Positions 38,270 to 53,010 of a DNA stretch of 64,000 bases are shown one piece after another. The stretch's first letter is position 1. Each line of letters starts with the position of its first letter. The stretch is from Octopus vulgaris (Eukaryota), in the NCBI GenBank assembly GCA_951406725.2, contig OX597828.1, positions 15,996,001 to 16,060,000 on the forward strand. Direction: 5' to 3'. The notes under the pieces were generated by a model. It was not told the DNA's origin. It did no database searches and saw only the letters and a list, made by a program, of their open reading frames with translations. A program made the translations under genes and the position numbers.

Positions 38270-39505
38270 CTTTTCTAATTACTTCACCTTACATATCTTT
38301 CCTCTACTCTCCTTTTCTCAACTTTTAAACTTATTTCTTACACACATTCACCACATCGCGACAAGTATATTTTACCACGTCCTACAGTTTTGTACATGCT
38401 ACCCTATTTGAACAAAGAAATTCTCAAAATATCTTACCTACTCACTAACATTACCTCAAAGTTTATCTATTGTTCGGCGACCTTTCTCACCGACCCTTTA
38501 CACACCCGTACTAAGTTGTTATCCTACATCTTCTACTAGTCTTCCTGTTGTCACATCATACTGCTTGCTACTATTGATACTACCAAACACAATCAGCTAC
38601 AACACTTAATGCCACTAATGAAGAAATGCTTTCACCACAACATTCTAAAATGGCCTACGGATAACAACACATTTCTTCGAACTTTTTGATTATTTTATTT
38701 CTTCTATTTGAAAAGGAGAATTTTCCCCGAAATATTATAGGATTATTAAACAATCTCTGCAAGTTAATAGGTATCTTTTCTCTTTCTGATTTCATTAGTT
38801 GTCTCACATCACCTTACATATTTTACTTAACTCCTTACCGCATTGCTCAAATATTTCATTTATATATTTTGCAATACCTAAAGTATATAAGATTTGATGA
38901 TACAATATATAATTTTTTGGAGCGTTTTTAGAAATTTAGAGATTTCTTTAGCAACTACTACCCCCAACCAAAAGTGTTGTGGTACACACAACCTAGACGA
39001 ACATCACTCAGCTCACAACTACCCTCATGCTTTCGAAACAGACAAACAGCTTATACGAGTGTGGTTGCTGGTACAGGACCCAACCTTTACTTCTATTCAA
39101 CAAACGAGCATTTCTTTCTCCCTTTTACGTTGAAAAGTCAACCATTGCAAACTGACAAAATACTCGGTACTTTTCTACCGTACTTCTGTCTATAGTACTT
39201 CTGTCTATAGTATTACAGTACTTCTGTCTATTTCTGACTCTACAGAAATGTCTACAGCAGTGTTGTCTCTACAGAAGTGTGTGTAATCCACAATCCACAT
39301 ACATTTTATAGCAAATATAATGATAACAATATGATACATATTAAAAATTGGCATCTGTTTCTATTTTCAGTCCTTCTTCTTTTCTTACTATCTTTCTGTC
39401 TTTCCCATCCTCTTTCTGTCTTTCTGTCTATCTGTCTTCACAACTGATTTCTTCCTTCCTTCCTTCCATTCTTTCTTTCGTTCTCCCTTTCTTTCTTTCT
39501 TTCAT

Positions 39506-39553
<48 letters not shown>

Positions 39554-39807
39554 TCATTAATTTTTCTTCCACTGTTTTTGTTTCACTCTTTCTTTCAAAT
39601 AAACTTTCTTTATTTCCTTCTTTTTCCTCTATCCATTGTTCGTTCGTTCGTTCGTTCCTTCTTTCCTTTCATTCATTCTTGCTTTCCACCATTCTTTTCC
39701 TCCTCTTCACTTTTTCCTTCATTCCTTCCATGCCTTGTTTCTTTCTTATTTTCTTTCACCCCTTTCATTTTTATTTATTTATTTATTTATTTATCTATTA
39801 AATCCAT

Positions 39808-39838
<31 letters not shown>

Positions 39839-40099
39839 CTGATTTATCTATTCATTCATTTACTTATTTATATATTCCATATTTTAACCAAAAGTGGCAT
39901 TCTCAAAATTCCATACCTGAACCATCAACCTTACTCTTCACTCATTGACACCCAGCCTCCCAAAAATAAGAAGATCGACAAAGAAATATAAATTTATAAA
40001 TATAGATATAAATATATATAAATATATAAATAAATAAATAAATGTATAAATGCACATGGGATCATATAAATAAATATAATAAACATAGTAACTAAAAAA

Positions 40100-40132
40100 A
40101 TATATCAATATATATATAAGTATATATATATG

Positions 40133-40170
<38 letters not shown>

Positions 40171-40231
40171 TGTATATGTATGTATGTATATATACATACA
40201 AATATATATATATACATATATATATATATAC

Positions 40232-40311
<80 letters not shown>

Positions 40312-40402
40312 ATGTATATACACACACATATGTATATATATACATAGATATACACACACATATATATATATGTATATGTATGTATATATACATATACATA
40401 CA

Positions 40403-40435
<33 letters not shown>

Positions 40436-40437
40436 AT

Positions 40438-40505
<68 letters not shown>

Positions 40506-40516
40506 ATATACATACA

Positions 40517-40601
<85 letters not shown>
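40100..40601. repeat. (TA)n-dominated microsatellite
   Basis: Directly visible. Confidence 0.95.
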
Positions 40602-41042
40602 GAAGGAATAAATAACCTGCAAGTCAAGTCACTTCTAGAAGATTTCTGCTGAATTTGTGGATTTTGTGCTGCGACAGGAATTACCTAGCGAATGCATGCG
40701 TACAGACACGTGCACGGACGTGCGAACTGAGCTATGTAACCGAGGCTTGCACACATGTACGCATGAACACATGCATAATACATACATACACATATGCACG
40801 CACATGTACGCATAAGCACGCATTCAAAGAGACACACTCACTAACGCAGAGACGCACAGACACAATGCATAGAACACACTTGCCCACGAATGTACAACAC
40901 ACATATAGATACATACACAAACAAATGCAGAGACACACGCAAACAGATGCATGCTTTCTCTCACTCTCTCTCTCTCTCTGTCACACTCGTGTACATACGT
41001 ACATACATACAAGCATACATGCGTATATATATATATATATAC

Positions 41043-41312
41043 GGTGGAGGCACTTGGTCTAGTGGTTAGAGCAGCGGACTCGCGGTCGAGGGATCATGGG
41101 TTCAAATCTCAGAGCAAAACACGTAAGCTCCACGCGGCTTCGGCAGAAGGTAATGAGCTGACTCTTTCACCACAACTGTCTCTCACTCTTTCCTCCTGCA
41201 TCTTGCAGCTCACCTGCGACGGACCGGCGTCCCGTCCAGGTAGGGAACCCATACGCCAAGGAAACCGGGAAACCGGCCCTTAAGAGCCAGGCATAACTCG
41301 AGAAGGAACAAA
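41043..41312 (+). mobile_element. SINE family C-related element
   Basis: GTGGAGGCACTTGGTCTAGTGGTTAGAGCAGCGGACTCGCGGTC...GGGTTCAAATC head homologous to 17860. Confidence 0.75.
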
Positions 41313-41899
41313 CATACATATATACACATATATACTCCCACTTTCATATATAGTTATACTGAGCCATACACTGGTAAGTACACACATCACACGTATGCAC
41401 ACTTGCGCATACACACTTCGCAAGAACGTACACACACACATACATACTCAACAGCACAAGTACACAAACTAACATTCACACACACACGCTCTCTATCTTT
41501 TCCACACTCATATGTATTCACATATCAACACTATCTTACACCTATAGTTAAACTGAGACATACATATTCAAATGCATATATCACATACATGCATACATGT
41601 ACGCACATTTACTGCAAACACATACACATACATACACATATCGCGCACACATTCATCATAAACGCACAACCATCTCATACACGCACGAAGACAAAGATAT
41701 AGAGATACACCGCAACACGTGTCGATTCGGTTAGATCCATGGACGTAATCATTACATTCTCACGCCACAAACAAACAACAGGATTACACATATACTACAA
41801 AAGTGGATACACACACACGCACGCACGCACTCTAACAGACAAGCTTCCCATATTCATGCACGTCACGGGTAACCCCAAACACATACACATGCACACACA

Positions 41900-41970
<71 letters not shown>

Positions 41971-42054
41971 GCAATATGACTCTCTCCAGACGCAACATAA
42001 TTTGCTTCAACTCACGAGTTCACATAAAGAATCTTGCAAACCAGATAAAAAACG

Positions 42055-42129
<75 letters not shown>

Positions 42130-42137
42130 TATATAAG

Positions 42138-42285
42138 GGGAGAATTCACAAAAATACCCAACAAAAGACGAAGACAGGTGGTGTAGACAACAAACAGATG
42201 TATTAGTATAACTCTTGGGAAGTGAAAAAGTCTTTAACGTTTCGAGCCTACGCTCTTCCACAGAAAGAAACACGGAGAGAAAATC
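42138..42285 (-). mobile_element. Penelope pLTR-like fragment with a hammerhead variant
   Basis: Homologous to 13830-13985; minus strand CTTT-CTGTGGA-AGAGCGTAGGCTC-GAAACGTT-AAAG (42232-42267). Confidence 0.6.
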
Positions 42286-42355
42286 ATGGCGAAGGCCGGA
42301 CAGAAGGGTCACACAGGAGATCTAGGGAGAAGGGGAGATAATAAAGTAGTGGTGA

Positions 42356-43125
42356 TCAAGGTTACTGGTTCAAAAGATTTGGTGAATGTCATGTACGAAT
42401 AGCTGCACAACCCCCAACACCTTGTTAAATGCCGACAAAGTAACACCAGAGTGGTTGACTATGGGTAGGACAGTGCTGTATGTGAAAGGCATCGAAAACG
42501 TTAATACGGTAGACAATTACAGGTCCATATCCTGCCTGTCACCTATGTGGAAATTATTGACTGGAACAGTCGCAGAGTCAATGTATGGACATCTGGGAAA
42601 AAATGGAGTCTTGTCACATGAGCAGAAAGGGTGCAAGCGTAAGTGCAGAGGTACCAAGGATCAACTCCTGGTAGACAATACTGTAGATAGGGACTGCAAG
42701 AGGAGTAAAACTAACTCAGGCATGTCATGGATCGATTATTGCAAGGCATATGATATAATCCCACATTCTTGGATTATGGAATGTATTACCCTATTTGGTA
42801 TTGCATCGAATGTTGAGCGATTGCTTGGAAAAAGTATGGCGAAGTGGAGGAAGGAACTGATAGCTAATGGAAGTTTAGGGACAATAGAAATCAAGAGAGG
42901 TATCTTCCGAGGGAACTGCCTGCCCCCACTGATCTCTGTACTGTTCATGATACCACTAACACTGATTCTGAGGAAAGCAAAGGCTGGGTGCATATTCAAG
43001 AGCTGCCAACAGAAAGTTTTGGAACCGCTCGAATACTCCGGATGGTGCTCAAAAAATAAGTGTTGTTCAGTGGCAGTAAACAGCTGACACCATCGCACAT
43101 CTCCAGCGTTAGAAGCTGTGCAAAG
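42356..43125 (+). pseudogene. R4/Dong-clade non-LTR retrotransposon, 5'-truncated and internally deleted, with (TAA)n tail
   Basis: PEWLTMGRTVL...NYRSISCL...EQKGC...GTKDQLL...WIDYCKAYDIIPHSWI...RGIF (RT), joined at about 43018 to the terminal GTARILRMVLKK* (43021-43059); tail (ATA)n at 43126-43212. Confidence 0.85.
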
Positions 43126-43216
<91 letters not shown>

Positions 43217-43221
43217 TAAAA

Positions 43222-43252
<31 letters not shown>

Positions 43253-43293
43253 GGAGGAGGAGGAGGAGGAGGAGGATGATGATGATAATAATA

Positions 43294-44318
43294 CCTATAT
43301 TTACCACAAGGGTTTACATTAGCAAAATTATTATGGACAGTACAGGATAAAACAAAGAATGTGTGTGAGTGTGTGTTGAGGGGGTTTTGCGTGTAAACAA
43401 GACTAACAAAATTGTGAAAAGATCAACAATGTGTGATCCTCAATAAGGAGAAGGCGTTCGAGGGCTGCTCATGGAAAAACTCTATAAAAAACCATGGGTA
43501 ACCTGACTTTTGGCTCAGGGGCCTTTCTTATTTTCCTTTTTTTTTTTTTTCAACTACAGGCTTATGCTTAGTGCAGGCCCATTCACATGCACTATTTTCG
43601 CCACTTTTATCCACCTTTCAGTAAACTGGCTTGAAGACAACACTTTTCTTTCTACCCTTATTTTCCTTTTCAAGTGAAACTTGAAGAAGTTGATCAGAGA
43701 AGTTGATCAGAGAAAAGTGTTTGTCTTCAGCCCTTTCAATCTCGTCCACCATGCAACCTCACCAGGCATATAAACACAACCTTTGCTTCCCGGTTAAAGG
43801 AAGGCGGAGGGGCGATCTTCACGATGGATTTAGTTGGCAGTCGGATCTGTCCCACATACGACAGCAGGTGTTCCAGAAAATCCCACTTGTCAGTAATGCT
43901 CGGTCACTGGACGAGTGCATGCAGGACCATTTCGTCGTCCTGCGCGCACCTTGGACATGCTCGGCTAACGACACTTCCATGCCTGTAAAGTTTATCTCGA
44001 ACAGGCCAAGATTCCTGGTAACACTGCCACGCCGGAGATTTTTGGAAATTATCCGTCGGTCCCAGCTCAAAAGTTCTCCGGAAGAGAACGACTAGCTTAT
44101 CTTCTTCGACACCTAAGGTCTCCCCAAGAACGATGTCGCACTTTTCCTTCACTAATCCTCTATAAAGTGCTAAAGTGGACGTCCCACCTATCGCAATGTC
44201 CAATTGGCTGAGGGCTGTGAGAACTTGAAGACATTCCACTTTTCAAATGCTCCCACTCGGTTTCTGTTTTACCCAGGACTGCAGATCCGTTAAAGAAACT
44301 AGCTGCAGATACCAAATA
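43294..44318 (-). pseudogene. 3' end of a Tx1/L1-type LINE ORF2 plus 3' UTR
   Basis: AWQCYQESWPVRDKLYRHG...ACPRCAQDDEMVLHALVQ resembles the zf-RVT CPxC...ETxxHxxxxC region; several stops and frameshifts. Confidence 0.7.
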
Positions 44319-44908
44319 ATTGTTACATATGCATGCCTCAGGAATATCAATAGTATCTTCAGCGAGATTATGAAGAGAGCTTTGAAGAAATCCACTTCCA
44401 AGTTGTAGTAGCCACCTCAAAAAATCTTGTTCATTCGCATTTGTTGACATGTTTTGTGTAAGTTGCATTTCATGAAAATTATCTCACATAGAAGAGCGTT
44501 TGAGGCAGGCATCAAATACAACTGCAGGAGGGGCTCTGGGCATGACTGGAAGAACTTGTCTAAAATCTCCTCCTAGTACGATAATTTCCCCACCAAATAT
44601 ACTATTACTAATCATAATGTCTCTTAAACAATTATCTATAGCTTTCAAAGTATAAACTAGTATCATTGAAGCTTCGTCAATAATGAAGATTTTTACTCAC
44701 CTATGAATGTTTCCTTGATCAGAATTTGGTGGAACATTGCACACACGTGTTTCACTCAAGAGAACTGGAAACTTGAATACACTGTGAAAAGTTTTACTAC
44801 CTTTCAAGTGTGTTGCAGTAATGCCAAGGGAAATAACTAGAATTTAATATTGCCTTATCTCTCTTAGCGTGACAGACACCGACGGTACACGCGTATTAAT
44901 AATATTGA
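44319..44908 (-). pseudogene. Helitron PIF1-like helicase fragment, with a possible Helitron 5' end at 44908
   Basis: GITATHLKGSKTFHSVFK, IFIIDEASM, FGGEIIVLGGDFRQVLPV and LTQNM motifs; upstream A|TCAATATTATTAATACG resembles a Helitron 5' TC terminus. Confidence 0.8.
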
Positions 44909-44924
44909 TTATTAGTAATAATAA

Positions 44925-45136
44925 TCCTGTTTACTATAGGCACAAGGCCTGAAATTTGGGGGAGGGGTGGACGATTACATCGGCCCCAGTGTTTCATTGG
45001 TACTTAATTTATTGACCCCGAAAGGATGAAAGGAAGAGTCGACCTCGGCGGAATTTGAACTCAGAACGTAGCAGTAGACGAAATACCGCTAAGCAGTTCG
45101 CATAGCGTGCTAACGACTCTGCCATCTCGTTGCCTT
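44925..45136 (-). mobile_element. SINE family B
   Basis: Plus strand shows GACCCCGAAAGGATGAAAGG...GGAATTTGAACTCAGAACG. Confidence 0.8.
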
Positions 45137-45345
45137 AGTAATAATAATGATAATAATAATAATGATAATAATAATAATAATAATAATAATACGTGAGAAT
45201 GTGTATAAGTGTGCAAATATTCGTTTATATAAATGTATCTAATCTGTCTATCTATTTTAAATATACGTATATACATATTTATATATGCACAAGTTAGACA
45301 TAGTCTGGACCCAACTTTGGTCGAAACATATCTCAGTTATACATG

Positions 45346-45435
<90 letters not shown>

Positions 45436-45487
45436 TGTATGTATGAATGTAGGTAGGTATGTATGTATGTATGTATCTATCTATATA

Positions 45488-45902
45488 TCACTTCTGACCC
45501 AGCGACATCAGATAGTGGGGGGAAGAGCGCAGATGTTAAAACTAAGTAGCGACTGGGAACGTAAATTTTCCCTCCAAAATTCTGCCATGCGCGCTTTCTG
45601 GGTAATCGTAATGGAATGAGGAATCCACATGGTAATGCAATAAAAATGGTAAATAATTTTCCTGTGGTTTTTCATGTAACCAACAATTATTTACCGGTAA
45701 ATAATTGTTGGTTACATGAAAAACCACAGGAAAATTATTTACCATTTTTATTGCATTACCATGTGGATTCCTCATTCCATTACGATTACCCAGAAAGCGC
45801 GCATGGCAGAATTTTGGAGGGAAAATTTACGTTCCCAGTCGCTACTTAGTTTTAACATCTGCGCTCTTCCCCCACTATCTGATGTCGCTGGGTCAGAAGT
45901 GA
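45488..45902. repeat. 415-bp spacer-less palindrome
   Basis: Arms 45488-45695 and 45696-45902 (centre TTACC|GGTAA) are reverse complements except for one G in a G6/C5 run. Confidence 0.95.
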
Positions 45903-46202
45903 GGGCTGGTGGCATTTGGTAAAGCTATCGAATATAGCGCCGATGACGGAATTCAAACTAAATTTTTCCTATGTTTGCGATCCAGAAACACGTGTTCACT
46001 ATTAACGGTAAGTGACTGATTTCGTATATTTGCCACTCCGGTTTTGTGTATGTGAGCCGTAAGGGCCTTCGTTTTTGGAATCTCCACTTATACAGAAAAT
46101 GGAAAAAACGGTCTTTGACTGCCATTTCTAATTCCTTCGGTATGAGGCGAAACAGCCTGCTGCTAGCCATCTTATTTTTTCTTATTTCTTCTTATCTATA
46201 TA

Positions 46203-46257
<55 letters not shown>

Positions 46258-46267
46258 ATTATATGTA

Positions 46268-46792
46268 TATATATGTATGTATTTATATTGTTGTGACCCC
46301 CTTCGGTCATGAACGACCATGGGATTGCACCAAGAGAGGTACCCTCCGAGGCACATGTCAGGGCAAGATTGTTTGTGGAGGGTTAGCAGTCGCTCATGCA
46401 TACCAGCCTCCCCTCTCCACGCCACCGATGTTATCCAAGGGAAAGGCAAAGACCGATACAGCTTGGCACCAGTGACGTTGCAGCTCATTTATTAACGTGC
46501 AAGCGGCTGAGCACTCAACAGGCACGTTTACCCTTAACGTAGTTCTCGGGGAGATTCAGCATGACACAGAGTGTGACAAGGCTGGCTCTTCGAAATACTG
46601 GTACAACAGAAACAGGAAGAAAGAGTGAGATAAAGTTGTGGTGAAAGAGTACAGCAGGGTTCACCACCACCCACGTGGAGCTTTAGGTGTTTTTGCTCAA
46701 AAAACACTCACAATGCCCGGTTTGGGAATCGAAACCGCGATCCTACGACCCCGAGTCTGCTGCCCTAACCATTGGGTTACATTGCACCTCCA
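46268..46792 (-). mobile_element. SINE family C with a LINE-like 3' tail
   Basis: Head at 46700-46792 is the reverse complement of the 17860 head; the tail ends ...GGGGTCACAACAA on the minus strand. Confidence 0.75.
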
Positions 46793-47540
46793 CATGTATT
46801 TATATATATTTATAAAGATAAAATAAACGATAAGATAAATTTAATGTAGTGAAATTTTACACAGATCTGTTACACGCTGCACTCTTATCGGTAAGCATAA
46901 ACAAAGGAGGATTCCTTGACATGTTTCATGGTTTGTTGAACATTCATCAATGGTCAAATACTCGTAATTCATCGGTTTTCGAAGAATGCTTTTGGCAAGT
47001 CGCTATTTGCATCATTCACAGACCAGAACTTTTCTGTAATAGCTAGGCTAATATGCATATCACGCCTTTGTCCGTGGTGTAATTAAATAATTAATGAATA
47101 TTTATGTACAGCACAGCTTGTATTAGAAAGGCTAAAATGAATTAAACTGGTTAAATTACAGATTCTATGTCTTATGCTGTGGAAGTTTAAACAGATATAA
47201 ATACACCTTGTTCCTTTCTTTGTACACAAAAACATAAAGGAGACTACCTGCTCTGATATGTTTGATGCTTGCTGACCACTCATCAAAATCAAGAATTTTC
47301 TGCTCATTATTTCTGCCAACGAAGGGATTCACGTATATTACACTTAAATACATGTAACATACACGTATTTATTTATACTCTTATACATTTACGTACATAC
47401 ATATATACATATATGCATACATGCATATATACATACATGCATATATACATATATACATACATACAGACATGCATATATGCATACATACATACATACATAC
47501 ATACATACATACATACATACATACATACATACATACATAC

Positions 47541-49826
47541 GATAGAAATGATGTTTGGAGAGGACACTCACTTGCAAATTGATTACCCTCAAGCAGGAGC
47601 TAAAAGAGACTAACCGAGGGAACAAGAAACAAAAAATTTAACCGCAACCAAGCAGCTGTATACAGAGACACGAGAGGAGGAGCGGTAAACATCACGAAAG
47701 CTCCTTCACGAGAAGACATAAACTCCTTCTGGAGGAAAATCTGGAGTGAAGAGAAGGAGCTTCACCATGATGCATTGTGGCTGGAAGAAATAAAAAAAAA
47801 GTTATTGCTTCTGCATTACACCGAAGACCTACAGCATTGATAGTGATACCCTTGCAACTGTGATCCAGAAACTCCAGGATGGGAAAGCATCTGGAAGACT
47901 GATTGTTGGATATTGGTACAAGAAGGTCACATTCTACAGATTATATCTTATCAATCTGTACCAGCAAGCTTTTATTGGGAACAGTAGCATACAACACTGT
48001 TTAGCTCTGGCAGAGACAAAATTGACCTTTAAATGCAAAATCACCCACATGGCAAAAATCTACCGGCCAATTGCATGCCAGAACTTAATGTATAAAATAT
48101 ATACAACATGTTTAAACCTCTTCCTCCAGGACCATTGTGAAACCAATAACAATATCACAGCAGAACAAGCAGCTGGGAAAAAGGGAGTCTGGGGATGTGC
48201 AGAGCAATTGTTAATCAACAAAACTGTGATGTCAGAGGTGCGAGAGCGTAGGAGGAACCTAGTTTCAAAGTGGCTAGACTACAAGAAAGCCTTTGAATCT
48301 GTTTCCCACTCATGGATGGTAAAAGCCCTTCAACTTGCTAAGGTTCCAGTGAGAATAGTCAAAGGCATAGCTGACCTGCTTCATCGTGGGCCACCATCTT
48401 GAAATTAAACACAAACAGTGAATGACTTAAAGCTTTATGCAAAGAATATGTACGAGATGAAAACGACCTTTGACCTGGTTACAACATTCTCAAAAGATGT
48501 ATGGTTGGAGACTAGTAACATCTCCATTAATGATTTGACAGGTATCTAGGGGAGGATGAAAATATATCTTACAGTGGTATTTGTAACACAACACGTGCCA
48601 CTTAAGAATATTGTAGCCGAATAAAGAAAATTTGGGCCTCAGAACTCTCTGCATTCAATAAAACAGTGGCCCACACTGTGTTTGGAGTGTCAGTACTCAC
48701 ACCAACAAGGAAGAGGATTAAGATCGATCCAAAAATCTTTGAATGTCGCATTATATCCCTTCTGCAACATCTTTTAACCACCAAGTGTCGAAGTGCATCC
48801 CTTGACCAGGTTTGCATACATGAGGTTGAAAACATCATAAGAATTGGAAGGCAGCTCCTTGAGCAATATTCTTTGACTGATAACCTAGAATACATACCCA
48901 AAGAAGTCTCACGACTCTACTGCAACATATAATCAGATGAAAGGATGAGCCTTATGACAGAAGACTATGCATGGATATGCTACTAGAAAGCTCCGTAATG
49001 ATAGTAATATCGATCATCAAAGCAGTTTATCATGGACCAATAGCCGGATTACTACCCCCTAGTTTGAAGGGTATGCGTTTGCAATCCAGGAACAGGGAAT
49101 ATCAATCAAGTACCTGATGCACACAAGGGATAGGTATGCAGGTAAAACCGTAAAATGTGACAACCGATGCAGACTTTGTGGAGTTCATACTGAAGTTATC
49201 ATCCACATCATAAGCAGTTGTCCGAAAATTTCATCACGGTATTATCTACCGATAGATAGGACACTCTATAATGAAATCCATCGGGAGGATAATCCCGAGG
49301 ACAAAGAAATAAGAATCCACAATATGGTAGAAGCCATAACCACTCATAATAAAAAGGAATACTGGTGGAATATACCAGTGAAGACCTCAATAAAATGCAA
49401 GCACAATATACTTGATATAATGATTTGGGATAGGGAAGAGAAACTGTGCATGCACAGTTGTAGAAATTAGCCGCCCAGCGGATGTTAACATAAAGTTGAA
49501 GATCAGTGAAAAAGAGAACACCTATGCTGAACTATTGAGAAATACGCAGTTACTTTATCCAGATTACAAGTTCAGGTTTATACCTGTAATTATTGGAGCC
49601 CTGGGATATGTAACACACTATCTAAATAACAATCTTGAGAAATTAGGCTTCCCAAAACCATAAAGGAGAAAGCTAATTCGAAGACTACAGATCCAATCCA
49701 TCACTGGAACTGTAAAAATCTGTAAAACTTTCCAGAAGTTTAAATATATATTTAAATATATATGAGCATGTCTAGATATGCAACTATATGCATGAGAATG
49801 CATACATAAAACTTACTAATCTGCAC
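47541..49826 (+). pseudogene. Degenerate R4/Dong-type non-LTR retrotransposon (RT, CCHC and restriction-like endonuclease) embedded in (CATA)n
   Basis: GYWYKK, YRPIACQNLMYKIYT, EQAAGKKGVWGCAEQLLINK, WLDYKKAFESVSHSW (RT); FAIQEQ, CRLCG...HIISSC, KHNILDI...VVEIS, PVIIGALG (RLE); many frameshifts and deletions. Confidence 0.88.
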
Positions 49827-51204
49827 ATACATACATGCATACATACATACATGCATACATACATACATACATACATACATACATACATACATACATACAT
49901 ACATGCATATATACATACATATGCATGCATACCTACTTACACGCAAACGTACCCACACACATGCACACAAATATATACATTCGTACACATTGTCACAAGT
50001 TCTCTTACAGTTCCTTAAATTATATAAAGATTGATATAACCATATGTAATGTGATTTATAGCATTATATATTATGTATACCACATTAGCGTATTGTACCC
50101 TATTATAATATTATTGTAGTTTATTTTATATGCATTAAATCTCCCCCAACATGCTCTTCGACGTAATAATGGGGGTTTATGATTGAGTTGAAATTAGTGA
50201 AAGTATTGTTTTATTTTTACTATCGAATTTAAAGCTAAAATCACCATAATAAACACAGTGTTCTGTTCCTTTATAACTCAGACATTTAACTGACTTATCA
50301 AAATTTATGTATATTCTTCAAAGATCTTGGTTCACCAATCATTATAGATATAAATTTTACAAGAAATACTTTCTGAAGCACTAAACTACTTCGATATGCA
50401 ATCTAATCCTATTCGCAAGAATATAAATAACCTTTTAGTCAAAAATATATCATTCATGTGGATAAGATCTCTCTGCTAACAAAGGAACTGTTGATGATTT
50501 TTCGAAATATTGCAATGATACGCTGCATTTAAATAGATTTAAAAGGAAACATTTATACACATTCATACACTGAAGAAACTGCTAAAATCAACACACGTAG
50601 AAATAGAAAGTAAATCGTTATTAGGTATAAAATGCCCTTCAGTATAGTTGTTGTATCCCCATCACTGAATTATTTTTTGTTGAATAAACACTTTCCCCTT
50701 TAGCACATATACTAAAATATTTTTAATAAAAATATTATTATGCGCCACCTTCGCTGATTTGGCTCAAAAATGAAATACTCCGAACCTAGATAAATCGAAC
50801 CCAGTAGCACCTACACTGACTTAATACTTGTCCTCTCAATTTTGATTGTGTAACTTTGTCTTGCCAAAGATATAAAGTAGTAATGTGACGTACAAAATAC
50901 AACTCAACTTGAATATAAACTGGCCTTACTACTAATCGTCTTATATTCCGTTTCAGTACATATTCATTTAGAAACCCGACTAAAAGCAAAACATGCATAT
51001 ACAAACACACATACACATAGAAACAGACACACACAAACGCGTACATATCTAATGAGTTATGTGTATACTCAACGGTAACAGTCAATATGCCTGTTAATAT
51101 AAGTTCGACATAAGTTCAAACCTTTACTTGTACATGTGTCTATCACTGAAAAACTAAGATATTATATAGTTTATACATTTCAATTATATTATATAACATA
51201 TTCG

Positions 51205-52197
<993 letters not shown>

Positions 52198-53010
52198 CGG
52201 AGATTGGAACAGAGTACCCTGTAGAGCTTCTCCAGAAAGTTTGCCCCTCTGGGACAGGAAAGACTACCAGCGGGCTTTGAAGCACTTGGAAGTCTATTGA
52301 AAGACTGTGGTTACCTAAGGTTACGGGAGGTAATTCGCTAACCACATAAATACTGCTAGGAATAAGAACAAGCCTGAGTCAAATCAATAATCGCAGAGAC
52401 CTTAACAATATTTATAAAGTGCTCAATATTACGCGTAGCTTGACTCCAAATAAGCAAATAAATTGATCACCTTAAGATACAATATTTCACTGTCATTTCA
52501 TTTTTCGATTTATTAAAATAGAATTATGTCTACTTTTGAGGAATTCTTGAAATGAGACTGCAGTAATTTAATATTATTCATGAATTAGTTCCGTTCATTA
52601 TTTATTTCTGTAGTCAGACTGTTATGTTGGATTCACGATCGTGAAGTCGTGTGTTCGATTCCTGGACAAGGTGACGAGTTGTGTCTTTTAGCAAGGCACT
52701 TCATTTTGCGTTGTTCTGCCTACTCAACTTAAATCGAAGTTCTGCTGGATCGTATGTAGGAGGGCCGAGAAACGGAAGGTGTCTATCTCTGGTGGTGATT
52801 ACACTGGCATCGCAAAACATAATACATGCCAACAAGTCGTACTTGTTTCCTAGTGACGGGTATAGTTTTTCATAAACATACGTGTGCGCGCAGACACGCA
52901 TACATGTATATACACTGTGCATTTCAGAAGTTTTGAGATTTTTTCAGGAAAGACATTTCATAGAAGTAGAGATCGGTTGCTTATTTCTGTGGGATTGGTG
53001 AAATGATGTT

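Noticed and set aside
39938-40652. YI-repeat and CV-repeat ORFs here and throughout the window
   Set aside because: Dinucleotide and tetranucleotide microsatellite translations.
45542-45849. Identical 77-aa ORFs on both strands
   Set aside because: Consequence of the palindrome symmetry, not evidence of coding.
45958-46170. 70-aa ORF next to the palindrome as a possible transposase piece
   Set aside because: No recognisable motif.
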